From Deltaproteobacteria bacterium (GTDB lineage Bacteria > Desulfobacterota > Binatia > Binatales > Binataceae), in contig JAJYRQ010000004.1 of NCBI GenBank assembly GCA_021794015.1, forward strand, positions 72,901 through 104,900: DNA of 32,000 bases, written 5' to 3'. Position 1 is the stretch's first letter; the number at the start of each line of letters is the position of its first letter. Both the position numbers and the translations under genes were made by a program. Shown here piece by piece: positions 15,822-23,912 of the stretch. Below the pieces are notes generated by a model, which saw only the letters and a list, made by a program, of their open reading frames with translations, had not been told where the DNA came from and did not search any database.

Positions 15822-17669
15822 CTATGGAACGACCGTGATGGTGCCCTCGGAACCGTCGACGCGAATCGTCGTGCCGCTTTTTATCACCGAGGTTGCCGAC
15901 CCGGTGCCGACCACGGCCGGCACACCGTATTCACGGCAGACGATCGCCGCGTGGCACATGACGCCGCCGACGTCGGTGACGCAGGCCTTGATCTTGACGA
16001 ACGCCGGCGCCCACGACGGCGAGGTGGTGGGAGCCACCAGGATTTCTCCTTCCTGGAGTTCGCCGATCTCCTCGACGGAGCGGCAGACGCGAGCCTTTCC
16101 TTCGACCACGCCGGGACTTCCGGCAAAGCCGGTAAGCCGGGGGATGCTGGCTCCGTCGCCCGCCTCGCGCAGCTTCGCCCAGGCGTTGAGCGATTCGTTG
16201 GTTATGCCCCAGAGCACCACGGTAAAAGGCTCCTGGATGATCTCCGGCTTGGTGCCGACGGCCGGCGGCGGCCTCCAGGCGCGAAACTTCTCCATCACGC
16301 CCTTGCGCCACTGGATTTCCTGGGGCCACACCTTGGGACCGCGCGGCTTCACGCCCGTTGCCCAGGCGGTCACCAGGTCCCACAGCGCGTCCTTGATCTC
16401 GGCGCGTTTGAGGTACCAGATGTCCTCGACATCGTGGATAAACCCGTGCTCCTTCATGATTGCGGCGACTTCGCGCAGCTTGTTCCAAAACTCCGAATGG
16501 AACCAGTGCTCGACGTAGAAGAGGTGGTTCTCAACGTAGGGGAAGACAGTCCTGGAGGTGCCGAGGAGCTGATCGAAGGTGGCGCGATCCTGCTCGCTCT
16601 TGATAAGGGCCCGGTATTCGGCGGTGATGCGGTCGCGCTCCGCGCGTATCTGTTCTACCGGACGCTCGATCGCTACGCCTTGGCGAAGCTTGTCAAGGTA
16701 GGTGCGAATCGACGCAAGCGGCAGGTCGAGATCATCATTCCAGCACCTGTCATGGTGGTACCAGCCGGTGCCGGCGGAGATGTAGAACCACGGATCGCGC
16801 ACCTCGGCCAGCGCGGCCAGCCATTTCCGCCCGGCCTCGGTGCCCTTTAGCGCCGTTTCGACCTGGGCGAAGCCGCCGCTTGAACTCAACACGCCGTCAA
16901 CGCCAAGTTCGAGCGCCTTGCGTGCCAGCTTCTTCAGCTCGTCGTCCGGCCGATACATGATGGTCTCGATGCCGGCCACCATCTGCGCCAGCCGCAGACT
17001 CGGAACGTCCGGGAACAACTTGCGGCAAAAATCCAGGAAGGTCACATAGGCCGCGTAGCCGAGATTGAGAAACTCGAAGTGGTACTGCCAGCAGCGAATC
17101 CCCAGGTCGATCAGCTGATCGTAGGCGCGCAGCAGATGGTAGCCCTTGGATTCACCCACGCCTTCGAACACCACGCGGCTGTCCTCGAGCGCCGGCAAAG
17201 GCTCGATCTTGAGCGCGCGCAACTCACCGATGGTTGCCTTGAGCTTGGTCTCCCATTTGGCCACCAGGCGGTCCCAGTTCTGGTAATAATAGCCGGCCCG
17301 TTCCATGAAGTGGGCGACCCGAGCTTCGATTTCCTTCGGATCGGTGACCGGCACCGGGCTGATGTAGAGGTAGCCGTTGACGATTCGGTGGTCTACGCCG
17401 TAGACCGGCGGAATGGCGAAGATGCGGGTGTTGTATTGCGAGAGGGCGAGGAACCAGGCTTCGTCCCAGATGATGTCGAAAGGATACATCGGTTCGGGGT
17501 AGTGTAGCCCGTCGTAAAACCAGAACATCTTCTCTTCGTAGGCGCGCCGCTCCGGGTCGTCCGTCACGAAACGATAGTGGTAGGGGTAGATTCGCTCCCA
17601 ACCCTCGGTTCCCGGGATGGCTTCGACGGCATGGGGAAGCTGGAACTCTGCCTTGGATTTGGCGCTCAT
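15822..17669 (-). CDS. PEP-synthase-like phosphohistidine subunit, phenylphosphate synthase alpha (PpsA)-like
   Basis: 615 aa (~70 kDa). The C-terminal PEP-utilising mobile domain reads GSPGVVEGKARV....GEILVAPTTSPSWAPAF.K..A.VTDVGGVMCHAAIVCREYGVPAVVG (catalytic His). The large N-terminal domain is unrelated to the PEP/pyruvate-binding domain. Confidence 0.8.
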   Translation of the reverse strand: MSAKSKAEFQLPHAVEAIPGTEGWERIYPYHYRFVTDDPERRAYEEKMFWFYDGLHYPEPMYPFDIIWDEAWFLALSQYNTRIFAIPPVYGVDHRIVNGYLYISPVPVTDPKEIEARVAHFMERAGYYYQNWDRLVAKWETKLKATIGELRALKIEPLPALEDSRVVFEGVGESKGYHLLRAYDQLIDLGIRCWQYHFEFLNLGYAAYVTFLDFCRKLFPDVPSLRLAQMVAGIETIMYRPDDELKKLARKALELGVDGVLSSSGGFAQVETALKGTEAGRKWLAALAEVRDPWFYISAGTGWYHHDRCWNDDLDLPLASIRTYLDKLRQGVAIERPVEQIRAERDRITAEYRALIKSEQDRATFDQLLGTSRTVFPYVENHLFYVEHWFHSEFWNKLREVAAIMKEHGFIHDVEDIWYLKRAEIKDALWDLVTAWATGVKPRGPKVWPQEIQWRKGVMEKFRAWRPPPAVGTKPEIIQEPFTVVLWGITNESLNAWAKLREAGDGASIPRLTGFAGSPGVVEGKARVCRSVEEIGELQEGEILVAPTTSPSWAPAFVKIKACVTDVGGVMCHAAIVCREYGVPAVVGTGSATSVIKSGTTIRVDGSEGTITVVP

Positions 17670-17770
17670 GGTGTTCCTCCCGTGCGATGCGGCTGATGCG
17701 CACCCGCTTTGCGTTTCACCCGCGGCCTTTCTTCGGTCCTTCCGCGCAAGGCAATCTGAAGCGGCGTATG

Positions 17771-17786
17771 AGCAAGGGTTATGCCA
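17771..17786 (-). promoter_or_regulatory. Sigma-54 (-24/-12) promoter of the ppsA-like cluster
   Basis: The minus strand reads TTGGCAT-AACCC-TTGCT, matching TGGCAC-N5-TTGCW with exact GG/GC spacing. It lies ~100 nt upstream of the ATG at 17669, and a sigma-54 activator gene is divergent. Confidence 0.65.
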
Positions 17787-17911
17787 ATAGTCTTGCGCTC
17801 AGGCCTGGTTAACCGGCGTTAGCCGGCTTCAGGGTCGCCTGCCGCAGGGATAAATCGCCAAGGACAGGCGCAGCGCGAAGCGTCGGCGCGAGAGGCTGCG
17901 CGAGGCAATTG

Positions 17912-17942
17912 ATGATTTGGTCAAATCATTGGTGAAATCGTT
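17912..17942. promoter_or_regulatory. Candidate activator-binding UAS: 18-bp palindrome plus tandem 12-mers
   Basis: ATGATTTG-GT-CAAATCAT (17912-17929) is a perfect 8+2+8 palindrome. It overlaps the tandem 12-mers GGTCAAATCATT and GGTGAAATCGTT (17919-17942). The element is AT-rich in a GC-rich background and lies ~130-160 bp upstream of the -24/-12 element. Confidence 0.45.
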
Positions 17943-18018
17943 TGATCCGAGCCGGCCCAGGGTGCGAATATGGTCAAGCAATCCTCCCGGTGTTCGCGGC
18001 TTTTGGAGGGCCAGGGCA

Positions 18019-19812
18019 ATGAATCGACCGCAGTTGGCAGGTATCGATTGGATGTCACACGGGACTCCCTGTCCTTTGGCTGTTGCAGCGACCGAATGCC
18101 CGCTTGGCCTCAGCACGCTCGACGCCATTGTGCCGGACATGAGGGACCTGGTCGTGCGCCTGCGCTTTGCGCCGGAAGAGGGCGAGATCCGGCTCGACGC
18201 TGAGCGAGTAGCCATAATGCACCTGTCGACGTTTGCCGCGCTGCGCCGGGAACTTATCGATCGGCTGGGCGTGCCGCAGGCGCGCGGCCTGTTCATGTCG
18301 ATGGGGTATGCCAGCGGGATGCGCGACGCCGGGATGGCGCGTGCCACGCACGCAGGCGACACGGTGCGCAACGCGTTTGTGGTGGGTCTTCAACTGCGAA
18401 GGCTTCAGGGCTTCGCGGCCGCCAAGGTTGAGCGGCTGGAGATCGATGTTGCCGGCGGGTGCTTCGAGGCCGAGTTCGCCGCCTCGGGCTCTTGTGAAGT
18501 CGAGGCCCACCTGACGGTTTACGGCAGTGCCGCGGCTCCGGCGTGCTGGATGCTGGTCGGGTATGCGTCGGGTTATGCCAGCGCGTTTCTGGGTCGTGCC
18601 GTCTTGTTCAAAGAGACCGAGTGCCGAGCGACAGGGGCTGTTGAATGCCGCATCGTGGGCAAGCCGGTGGGTCAATGGAGCGACGAGGAGGACCTGCCTG
18701 CGCTACAGCCGGCGGCAGTTGCCGGCCAGATGCTCGCGCAGCGCTCCTGGCCCGCGTTCGACCCCCGAGCGACCCCTTTGAGCGAGGAGATGGTTGGGCA
18801 GTCGCCCGAATTTGTCGCCGCCTGCCGGCTTTTGCAAAGGGTTGCCGGCACTGAGGCGACGGTACTGCTGCAAGGGGAAACCGGTGTTGGCAAGGAGATG
18901 TTCGCCCGCGCCCTGCACCGCATGAGCAAGCGCGCCCCCGGTCCCTTCGTTGCCGTCAACTGCGCCGCAATTCCGGAAAATCTCATTGAAGCCGAGTTGT
19001 TCGGCGTGGAGAAGGGCGCCTTCACGGGCGCAGCATATTCGCGGCCGGGCCGGTTCGAACGTGCCGACACCGGCACTCTGTTTCTGGACGAGGTGAGCAG
19101 TCTGCCGCTGGCCGCCCAGGCCAAGCTTTTGCGCGCCATCCAGGAGCGCGAGATCGAGCGCGTAGGCGACGTCAAAGCGCGCAAAGTGGACGTGCGGATC
19201 GTGGCCGCAACCAGCGTGAACCTGGCAAACGCAGTCTCAGCCGCGCTGTTCCGCGACGATTTGTATTTTCGGCTAAGTGTGTTCCCCTTGCACATACCAC
19301 CGCTGCGGGCGCGGCGCGAGGATATCCCGCTGCTAGTGCAGCGCTTCGCCGGCCGCTATGCCCGGCTCTACGGGCGCGAGATCGGCGGCCTCACGGCGGG
19401 CGCGCTCGAACGGCTGCTGAACTACGACTATCCGGGGAATATTCGGGAGTTGCAGAACATGGTCGAACGGGCGGTCATCCTTTGCGACAACGGTCGCCCA
19501 CTCGACGTTCAACATTTTCCCCCGTGCGCAGACCAACTGCGGGCGCCGGCAACGGCTGGCTCGGTGGGTGCTGCAGCGCTCGCCTCCCGCGCCAGCACCG
19601 AGGTGCCGGGCGATTGGTCCCCGCTGGTCGAACGCTTTTTCAGCCGCCGCCTGACTTTTCGCGAATTCGAGGAGGCGCTGCTCGCGGAGGCGCTACAGCG
19701 GAGCAATGGTAATCTCTCGGCAGCCGCGCGAATGCTCGGCTTGACCCGCCCGCAGGTTGCTTACCGATTCAAGAAGCGCCAGCGCAGGTCGCTCGAATCG
19801 AGCTGCCGCTGA
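18019..19812 (+). CDS. Sigma-54-dependent transcriptional activator, XylR/DmpR (NtrC) family, with an aromatic-effector-type sensing domain
   Basis: The N-terminal region resembles XylR_N/V4R (RLRFAPEEGEIRLDAERVAIMHLSTFAALRREL...GYASG). AAA+ core: GETGVGKEMFARALH, EKGAFTGA, GTLFLDEV. C-terminal Fis-type HTH: NLSAAARMLGLTRPQVAYRFKK. The ATG at 18019 follows GGAGGG by 8 nt. The ORF-track start at 17917 would cover the palindromic operator. Confidence 0.9.
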   Translation: MNRPQLAGIDWMSHGTPCPLAVAATECPLGLSTLDAIVPDMRDLVVRLRFAPEEGEIRLDAERVAIMHLSTFAALRRELIDRLGVPQARGLFMSMGYASGMRDAGMARATHAGDTVRNAFVVGLQLRRLQGFAAAKVERLEIDVAGGCFEAEFAASGSCEVEAHLTVYGSAAAPACWMLVGYASGYASAFLGRAVLFKETECRATGAVECRIVGKPVGQWSDEEDLPALQPAAVAGQMLAQRSWPAFDPRATPLSEEMVGQSPEFVAACRLLQRVAGTEATVLLQGETGVGKEMFARALHRMSKRAPGPFVAVNCAAIPENLIEAELFGVEKGAFTGAAYSRPGRFERADTGTLFLDEVSSLPLAAQAKLLRAIQEREIERVGDVKARKVDVRIVAATSVNLANAVSAALFRDDLYFRLSVFPLHIPPLRARREDIPLLVQRFAGRYARLYGREIGGLTAGALERLLNYDYPGNIRELQNMVERAVILCDNGRPLDVQHFPPCADQLRAPATAGSVGAAALASRASTEVPGDWSPLVERFFSRRLTFREFEEALLAEALQRSNGNLSAAARMLGLTRPQVAYRFKKRQRRSLESSCR

Positions 19813-19896
19813 TCCACACCTGGTGGCTGCGTGCAGGGGTCGAGACGCCCTGTCGCGATGTCGGCGCCGCCGGCCGACTACCGAGCGAAGGCCGGG

Positions 19897-19913
19897 GACT
19901 GAGCCGCTCAGTC
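19897..19913 (+). terminator. Possible stem-loop downstream of the regulator gene
   Basis: GACTGAG-ccg-CTCAGTC, a 7-bp stem, lies 85 nt after the stop. No U-tract follows, so the call is weak. Confidence 0.25.
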
Positions 19914-20130
19914 TGGCCAGGTCAGGGCGAGTTTTGACTTAGGCCGACGCAGGCCGCGGCCCCTGGAAACCTTGTCGGCAAAATCAGCGGCCCTCCCGTC
20001 CCCGCCGCCTTGGGCCTCGCCGGCTATCCGCTACGGCGACCCGTCCGCCGCTGCGGCCAGGACCGGCTAGCAGCCCAGCAGGGAGGGGTAACGAGCCCTT
20101 CTAATGTCGGGGCTTGCCAAAATAAGGTAC

Positions 20131-20158
20131 TTTACAAAGGTCGCTCCGGGGCTATACT
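20131..20158 (+). promoter_or_regulatory. Candidate sigma-70 promoter of the sdh operon (TTTACA-16 nt-TATACT)
   Basis: TTTACA (20131-20136) and TATACT (20153-20158) sit in an AT-richer patch ~55 nt upstream of the proposed GTG at 20211. Confidence 0.4.
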
Positions 20159-20210
20159 TGGGGCGGCATCCCGGGGGTGCGCCAAGTCTAGTCGAGAGGA
20201 GTGTGCAGGA

Positions 20211-21026
20211 GTGTCCGCAGCGGCTATCTCTCGTTCGCAGGTTGGAGTTGATGGGGTTCGGCTGGGGTTGACCCGGCGGCGCGACCCGTGGTGGGTGCAG
20301 CCGGGGGCGGTTTTTGTCGGGCTTGCGGCTTTCGTTGTGTATGTGACGTGGGCGGGATTGCAGGGGCGCTACTATCGTTTCGGTCCTTATCTCTCGCCCT
20401 TTTACTCGCCTGAATTGTGGGGATCGCCGGAGGCCTGGTTCGGTGCGGCGCCGCCGTGGTGGTACCCGCAGTGGCTTAGGTTTTCGCCCGCGGTCTTCAT
20501 TCTATGGATTCCCGCCGGGTTCCGGCTGACCTGCTACTACAATCGCGGTGCTTACTATAAGGCGTTTTGGGCGGATCCACCAAACTGCGCGGTCGGCGAG
20601 CCGCGCAAAAGCTACTGGGGCGAGAACTACTTCCCCCTCTTGCTGCAAAACATTCACCGCTACTTCATGTACCTGGCGGTTCTGCTCGTGCTCGTGCTGC
20701 TCGATGACGTATGGCATGCGCTATGGTTCACGAACGCCGCCGGTCACCTGCGCTTCGGGATCGGGGTGGGGACGCTGGTGATCACCCTCGATGTTGCTTT
20801 GGTGGCCGCTTACACCTTCGGCTGCCATTCGCTGCGCCATGTCTGCGGCGGTCGGCTTGACTGCCTGGCGGGGCGTCCGGTGCGGGCCGCGCTCTATGAT
20901 TGCACCAGCGGGTTGAACCGTAGGCATATGGCTTGGTTCTGGGTCAGTTTAGCCTGGGTGGGGTTTAGCGACCTTTACGTGCGGCTGTGTGCCATGGGTG
21001 TTTGGACCGACTGGAGAATTCTCTGA
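20211..21026 (+). CDS. Succinate dehydrogenase/fumarate reductase membrane anchor (single large subunit, mycobacterial Sdh1 SdhC-like)
   Basis: Polytopic Trp/Tyr-rich membrane protein directly upstream of sdhA, with stop and start overlapping (TGATG). I chose the GTG at 20211, preceded by GAGAGGAG. The upstream part of ORF 20010.. is Arg-rich and does not look like protein. Conserved-looking motif GCHSLRHVCGG. Confidence 0.65.
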   Translation: MSAAAISRSQVGVDGVRLGLTRRRDPWWVQPGAVFVGLAAFVVYVTWAGLQGRYYRFGPYLSPFYSPELWGSPEAWFGAAPPWWYPQWLRFSPAVFILWIPAGFRLTCYYNRGAYYKAFWADPPNCAVGEPRKSYWGENYFPLLLQNIHRYFMYLAVLLVLVLLDDVWHALWFTNAAGHLRFGIGVGTLVITLDVALVAAYTFGCHSLRHVCGGRLDCLAGRPVRAALYDCTSGLNRRHMAWFWVSLAWVGFSDLYVRLCAMGVWTDWRIL

Positions 21027-22843
21027 TGCTGGCCTACGAGGCGATCCGGCACGATGTTCTGGTGATCGGCGCGGGCGGCGCGGGCCTGCGGGCGGCGATC
21101 GAGGCCTCGGCCGAAGGCGCCTCCGTCGGCGTGGTATGCAAGTCGCTGCTCGGCAAGGCGCACACCGTCATGGCCGAGGGCGGTATCGCCGCGGCGATGG
21201 CCAACGTGGATGAGCGCGACAACTGGAGGGTCCACTTTTCCGACACGATGCGCGGCGGCCAGTACGTCAACAACTGGCGGATGGCCGAGCTTCATGCCAA
21301 AGAAGCTCCGGAGCGGATTCGTGAACTGGAGGCCTGGGGCGCGCTCTTCGACCGCACCGGCGACGGCCGCATCCTGCAGCGCCACTTCGGCGGCCACCGC
21401 TACGCCCGCCTGGTTCACGTCGGCGACCGCACCGGTCTCGAGATGATCCGCACGCTACAAGACCACGGCATCCACCGCGGTATCGAGTTCTACATGGAAT
21501 TTACGGTTTGCGCGCTCTTGACCGAAGGCAACCGGGTGGTGGGCGCGGTGGCCTACAGCCGCGAAAAGGGGACCTTTTTCGTCTTCCAGGCCAAGGCCGT
21601 GGTTTTGGCCACCGGGGGTATCGGACGTTCCTACAGGATTACCAGCAATAGCTGGGAGTGTACCGGTGACGGGTTGGCGCTGGCCTACCGCGCCGGCGCC
21701 GAGCTGGCCGACATGGAGTTTGTGCAGTTTCATCCCACCGGGATGGTCTGGCCGCCGAGCGTTGCCGGTCTTTTGGTGACCGAAAGCGTGCGCGGTGAGG
21801 GCGGCGTTCTGCGCAACAACCAGGGGCGGCGCTTCATGTTCGACGACATTCCCGAGGCTTACCGCGCCCAGACCGCCGACAACGAGGAAGAGGGGTGGCG
21901 CTACACCCAGGGCGACAGGAACGCCCGGCGGCCGCCCGAGTTGGTGACCCGCGACCACGTCGCCCGCTGCATCGTGCGCGAAATCAAGGAAGGCCGCGGC
22001 AGCCCGCACGGCGGTGTGTTTCTCGATATCGCGTGGATCCGGGAGAAAATCCCCAACTCCGCGGAACATATCAAGCGCAAGCTGCCTAGCATGTACGACC
22101 AGTTCCTCAAGCTGGCCGGGATCGACATCACCAAGGTCCCGATGGAGGTCGGCCCCACCACCCACTACATGATGGGCGGCATCCGGGTGGACGGCGATTC
22201 CCAGGTGTCCTCGGTCGAGGGGCTGTTCGCGGCCGGTGAATGCGCTGCCGGGCTGCACGGCGCAAATCGTCTGGGCGGCAACTCTCTCTCCGACCTGCTG
22301 GTCTTCGGCCGGCGCGCCGGACTGTACGCGGCCCAGTTCGCCCGTCAGGCTCAGTGGGTCGAGGCCGACCAGAACCAGGTGCACGCTGTCATCGCGCATG
22401 CTGTCGAGCCGTTCGAGCGCGCCGCGGCGCACCCGGCCGACTCGCCTTACCGCATCCTGGAGGAGCTCCGGGAACTGATGCAGAACCTGGTCGGCATCGT
22501 GCGCACGGGCGAGGAAATGACCCAGGCGCTCGACGGCCTGGCCAAGTTCAAGGAGCGCGCCCTGCGGGTGGGCGTTGTGGGCAATCGCTTCTACAACCCC
22601 GGCTGGCACACGTCACTCGACCTGGACAATCAGCTCATCGTTTCCGAGGCGGTCTGCCGGGCCGCGCTCACCCGCTCGGAAAGCCGCGGCGCGCACTATC
22701 GGCTCGACTACCCGAACAAGGACGTGCGTTGGGGACATATCAACCTGGTCGTACGCCGGGCAGACGATGGCATGGCGGTCGTCGAGCGGCCGCTGCCGGA
22801 GATGCCGCAGGAACTCAAGGCCATTATCGAGGAGATGAAGTGA
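21026..22843 (+). CDS. sdhA: Succinate dehydrogenase/fumarate reductase flavoprotein subunit
   Basis: DVLVIGAGGAGLRAA (FAD fold), FVQFHPTG (covalent-FAD His), HYMMGGI, GECA..GLHGANRLGGNSL, ESRGAHYR. Confidence 0.93.
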   Translation: MLAYEAIRHDVLVIGAGGAGLRAAIEASAEGASVGVVCKSLLGKAHTVMAEGGIAAAMANVDERDNWRVHFSDTMRGGQYVNNWRMAELHAKEAPERIRELEAWGALFDRTGDGRILQRHFGGHRYARLVHVGDRTGLEMIRTLQDHGIHRGIEFYMEFTVCALLTEGNRVVGAVAYSREKGTFFVFQAKAVVLATGGIGRSYRITSNSWECTGDGLALAYRAGAELADMEFVQFHPTGMVWPPSVAGLLVTESVRGEGGVLRNNQGRRFMFDDIPEAYRAQTADNEEEGWRYTQGDRNARRPPELVTRDHVARCIVREIKEGRGSPHGGVFLDIAWIREKIPNSAEHIKRKLPSMYDQFLKLAGIDITKVPMEVGPTTHYMMGGIRVDGDSQVSSVEGLFAAGECAAGLHGANRLGGNSLSDLLVFGRRAGLYAAQFARQAQWVEADQNQVHAVIAHAVEPFERAAAHPADSPYRILEELRELMQNLVGIVRTGEEMTQALDGLAKFKERALRVGVVGNRFYNPGWHTSLDLDNQLIVSEAVCRAALTRSESRGAHYRLDYPNKDVRWGHINLVVRRADDGMAVVERPLPEMPQELKAIIEEMK

Positions 22844-23592
22844 TTCCCAGCACCGCAACGTTTCTTATCTGGCGGGGGGACGCGCAAGGCGGCGCGTTCC
22901 AGGAGTACCGGATCGGGATTTCCGAGGGCATGGTAGTGCTGGATGCCGTCCACCGTATCCAGGCCGAGCAGGATAACACGCTGGCGGTACGCTGGAACTG
23001 CAAGGCTGGCAAGTGCGGCTCCTGCGCCGCCGAAGTCAACGGCCGGCCCAGGCTGATGTGCATGACGCGCCTCGGTGACTTGGCGCTCGACCGGCCGGTG
23101 ACGCTCGAGCCGATGCGCACCTTCCCGCTTTTGCGGGACCTGGTGACCGATGTCTCGTGGAACTTCAGGACCAAGCTGGCGATTCAGCCCTTGCGCACGC
23201 GGCCGGCCGACGCGCCCGACGGCACTTGGCGCATGATGCAGCGCGACGTGGACCGGCCCCAGGAGTTCCGCAAATGCATCGAGTGCTTTCTCTGCCAGGA
23301 CGTATGCCACGTACTGCGCGACCACCGGCTGTTCGACCGTTACATCGGGCCGCGTCTGCTGGTCTACACGGCGCAGCTCGAAATGAACCCCATCGACGCG
23401 GCCGACCGGCTGGGCGACCTCAAAGACCTTCACGGAATCGGCTACTGCAACATCACCAAGTGCTGCACGACGGTCTGCCCCGAGGAGATCAAGATCACCG
23501 ACAACGCGATAATCCCGCTCAAAGAGCGGCTGGTTGACGCTTTCTACGATCCGCTAACCCGTCTGGCGCGCGCGCTCGGGCTGCGCGGCTAG
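22840..23592 (+). CDS. sdhB: Succinate dehydrogenase/fumarate reductase iron-sulfur subunit
   Basis: The GTG at 22840 overlaps the sdhA stop (GTGA). Cluster motifs: CKAGKCGSCAAEVNGRPRLMC (2Fe-2S), CIECFLCQDVC and CNITKCCTTVCP (4Fe-4S/3Fe-4S). The 200 codons upstream in the 450-aa ORF lie inside sdhA in another frame. Confidence 0.9.
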   Translation: MIPSTATFLIWRGDAQGGAFQEYRIGISEGMVVLDAVHRIQAEQDNTLAVRWNCKAGKCGSCAAEVNGRPRLMCMTRLGDLALDRPVTLEPMRTFPLLRDLVTDVSWNFRTKLAIQPLRTRPADAPDGTWRMMQRDVDRPQEFRKCIECFLCQDVCHVLRDHRLFDRYIGPRLLVYTAQLEMNPIDAADRLGDLKDLHGIGYCNITKCCTTVCPEEIKITDNAIIPLKERLVDAFYDPLTRLARALGLRG

Positions 23593-23912
23593 GCGCGCCT
23601 CGAAAGGCCACCAGGTCTGGGTTGCCCCGGGCGCCGGCTGATGCCGCGCCTTTACGGGCGCCGTGTGGGGCTGCGTGGGGAGGACTGCTCTTGTCTTCGG
23701 CCGGGAAACTTTGGCTCGCGCTTAGGGAGTCTTTCCTGGAAAAATCGAGAGTTGGCGCGGCTGTAGCGCTGAAGCCGGTTTGCTAAAAAAGGCGCACCGC
23801 GCGATTTCCGGTCGGAGCGTATAACCCCCGCTCTTTTGCGCGGCGAGCCGGGAAGTTCGCGGCTTGGCTGAGCGGCGCGCCGTCACCGGCCGGAACGAGG
23901 GCGCGGTTCGCA

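Noticed and set aside
20010-20210. The upstream part of the Sdh anchor ORF, and likewise the 20987 start for sdhA and the 17917 start for the regulator.
   Set aside because: These extensions cover promoter or operator-like DNA or the preceding gene, lack Shine-Dalgarno sequences, and encode non-protein-like sequence. Downstream starts with good Shine-Dalgarno sequences exist at 20211, 21026 and 18019.
22240-22839. A 200-codon N-terminal extension of the sdhB ORF, which the track gives as a 450-aa protein.
   Set aside because: The extension lies entirely inside sdhA in another frame and is Arg/Pro/Gly-rich. The recognisable SdhB sequence begins at the GTG at 22840, which overlaps the sdhA stop.
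23753-23768. A sigma-54-like motif, TGGCGC-GGCTG-TAGCG, upstream of the receptor gene.
   Set aside because: Only the GG-N10-GC spacing matches. The -12 region (TAGCG) departs from TTGCW, there is no nearby activator gene or UAS, and such a match is likely by chance in GC-rich DNA.
23593-23912. A possible riboswitch (e.g. cobalamin) or Fur box in the 320-bp leader of the TonB-dependent receptor.
   Set aside because: I could not find a B12-box-like element, the conserved GGGAA/GCCACTG core segments, or an AT-rich Fur-type palindrome. A covariance-model scan (Rfam/Infernal) would settle it.
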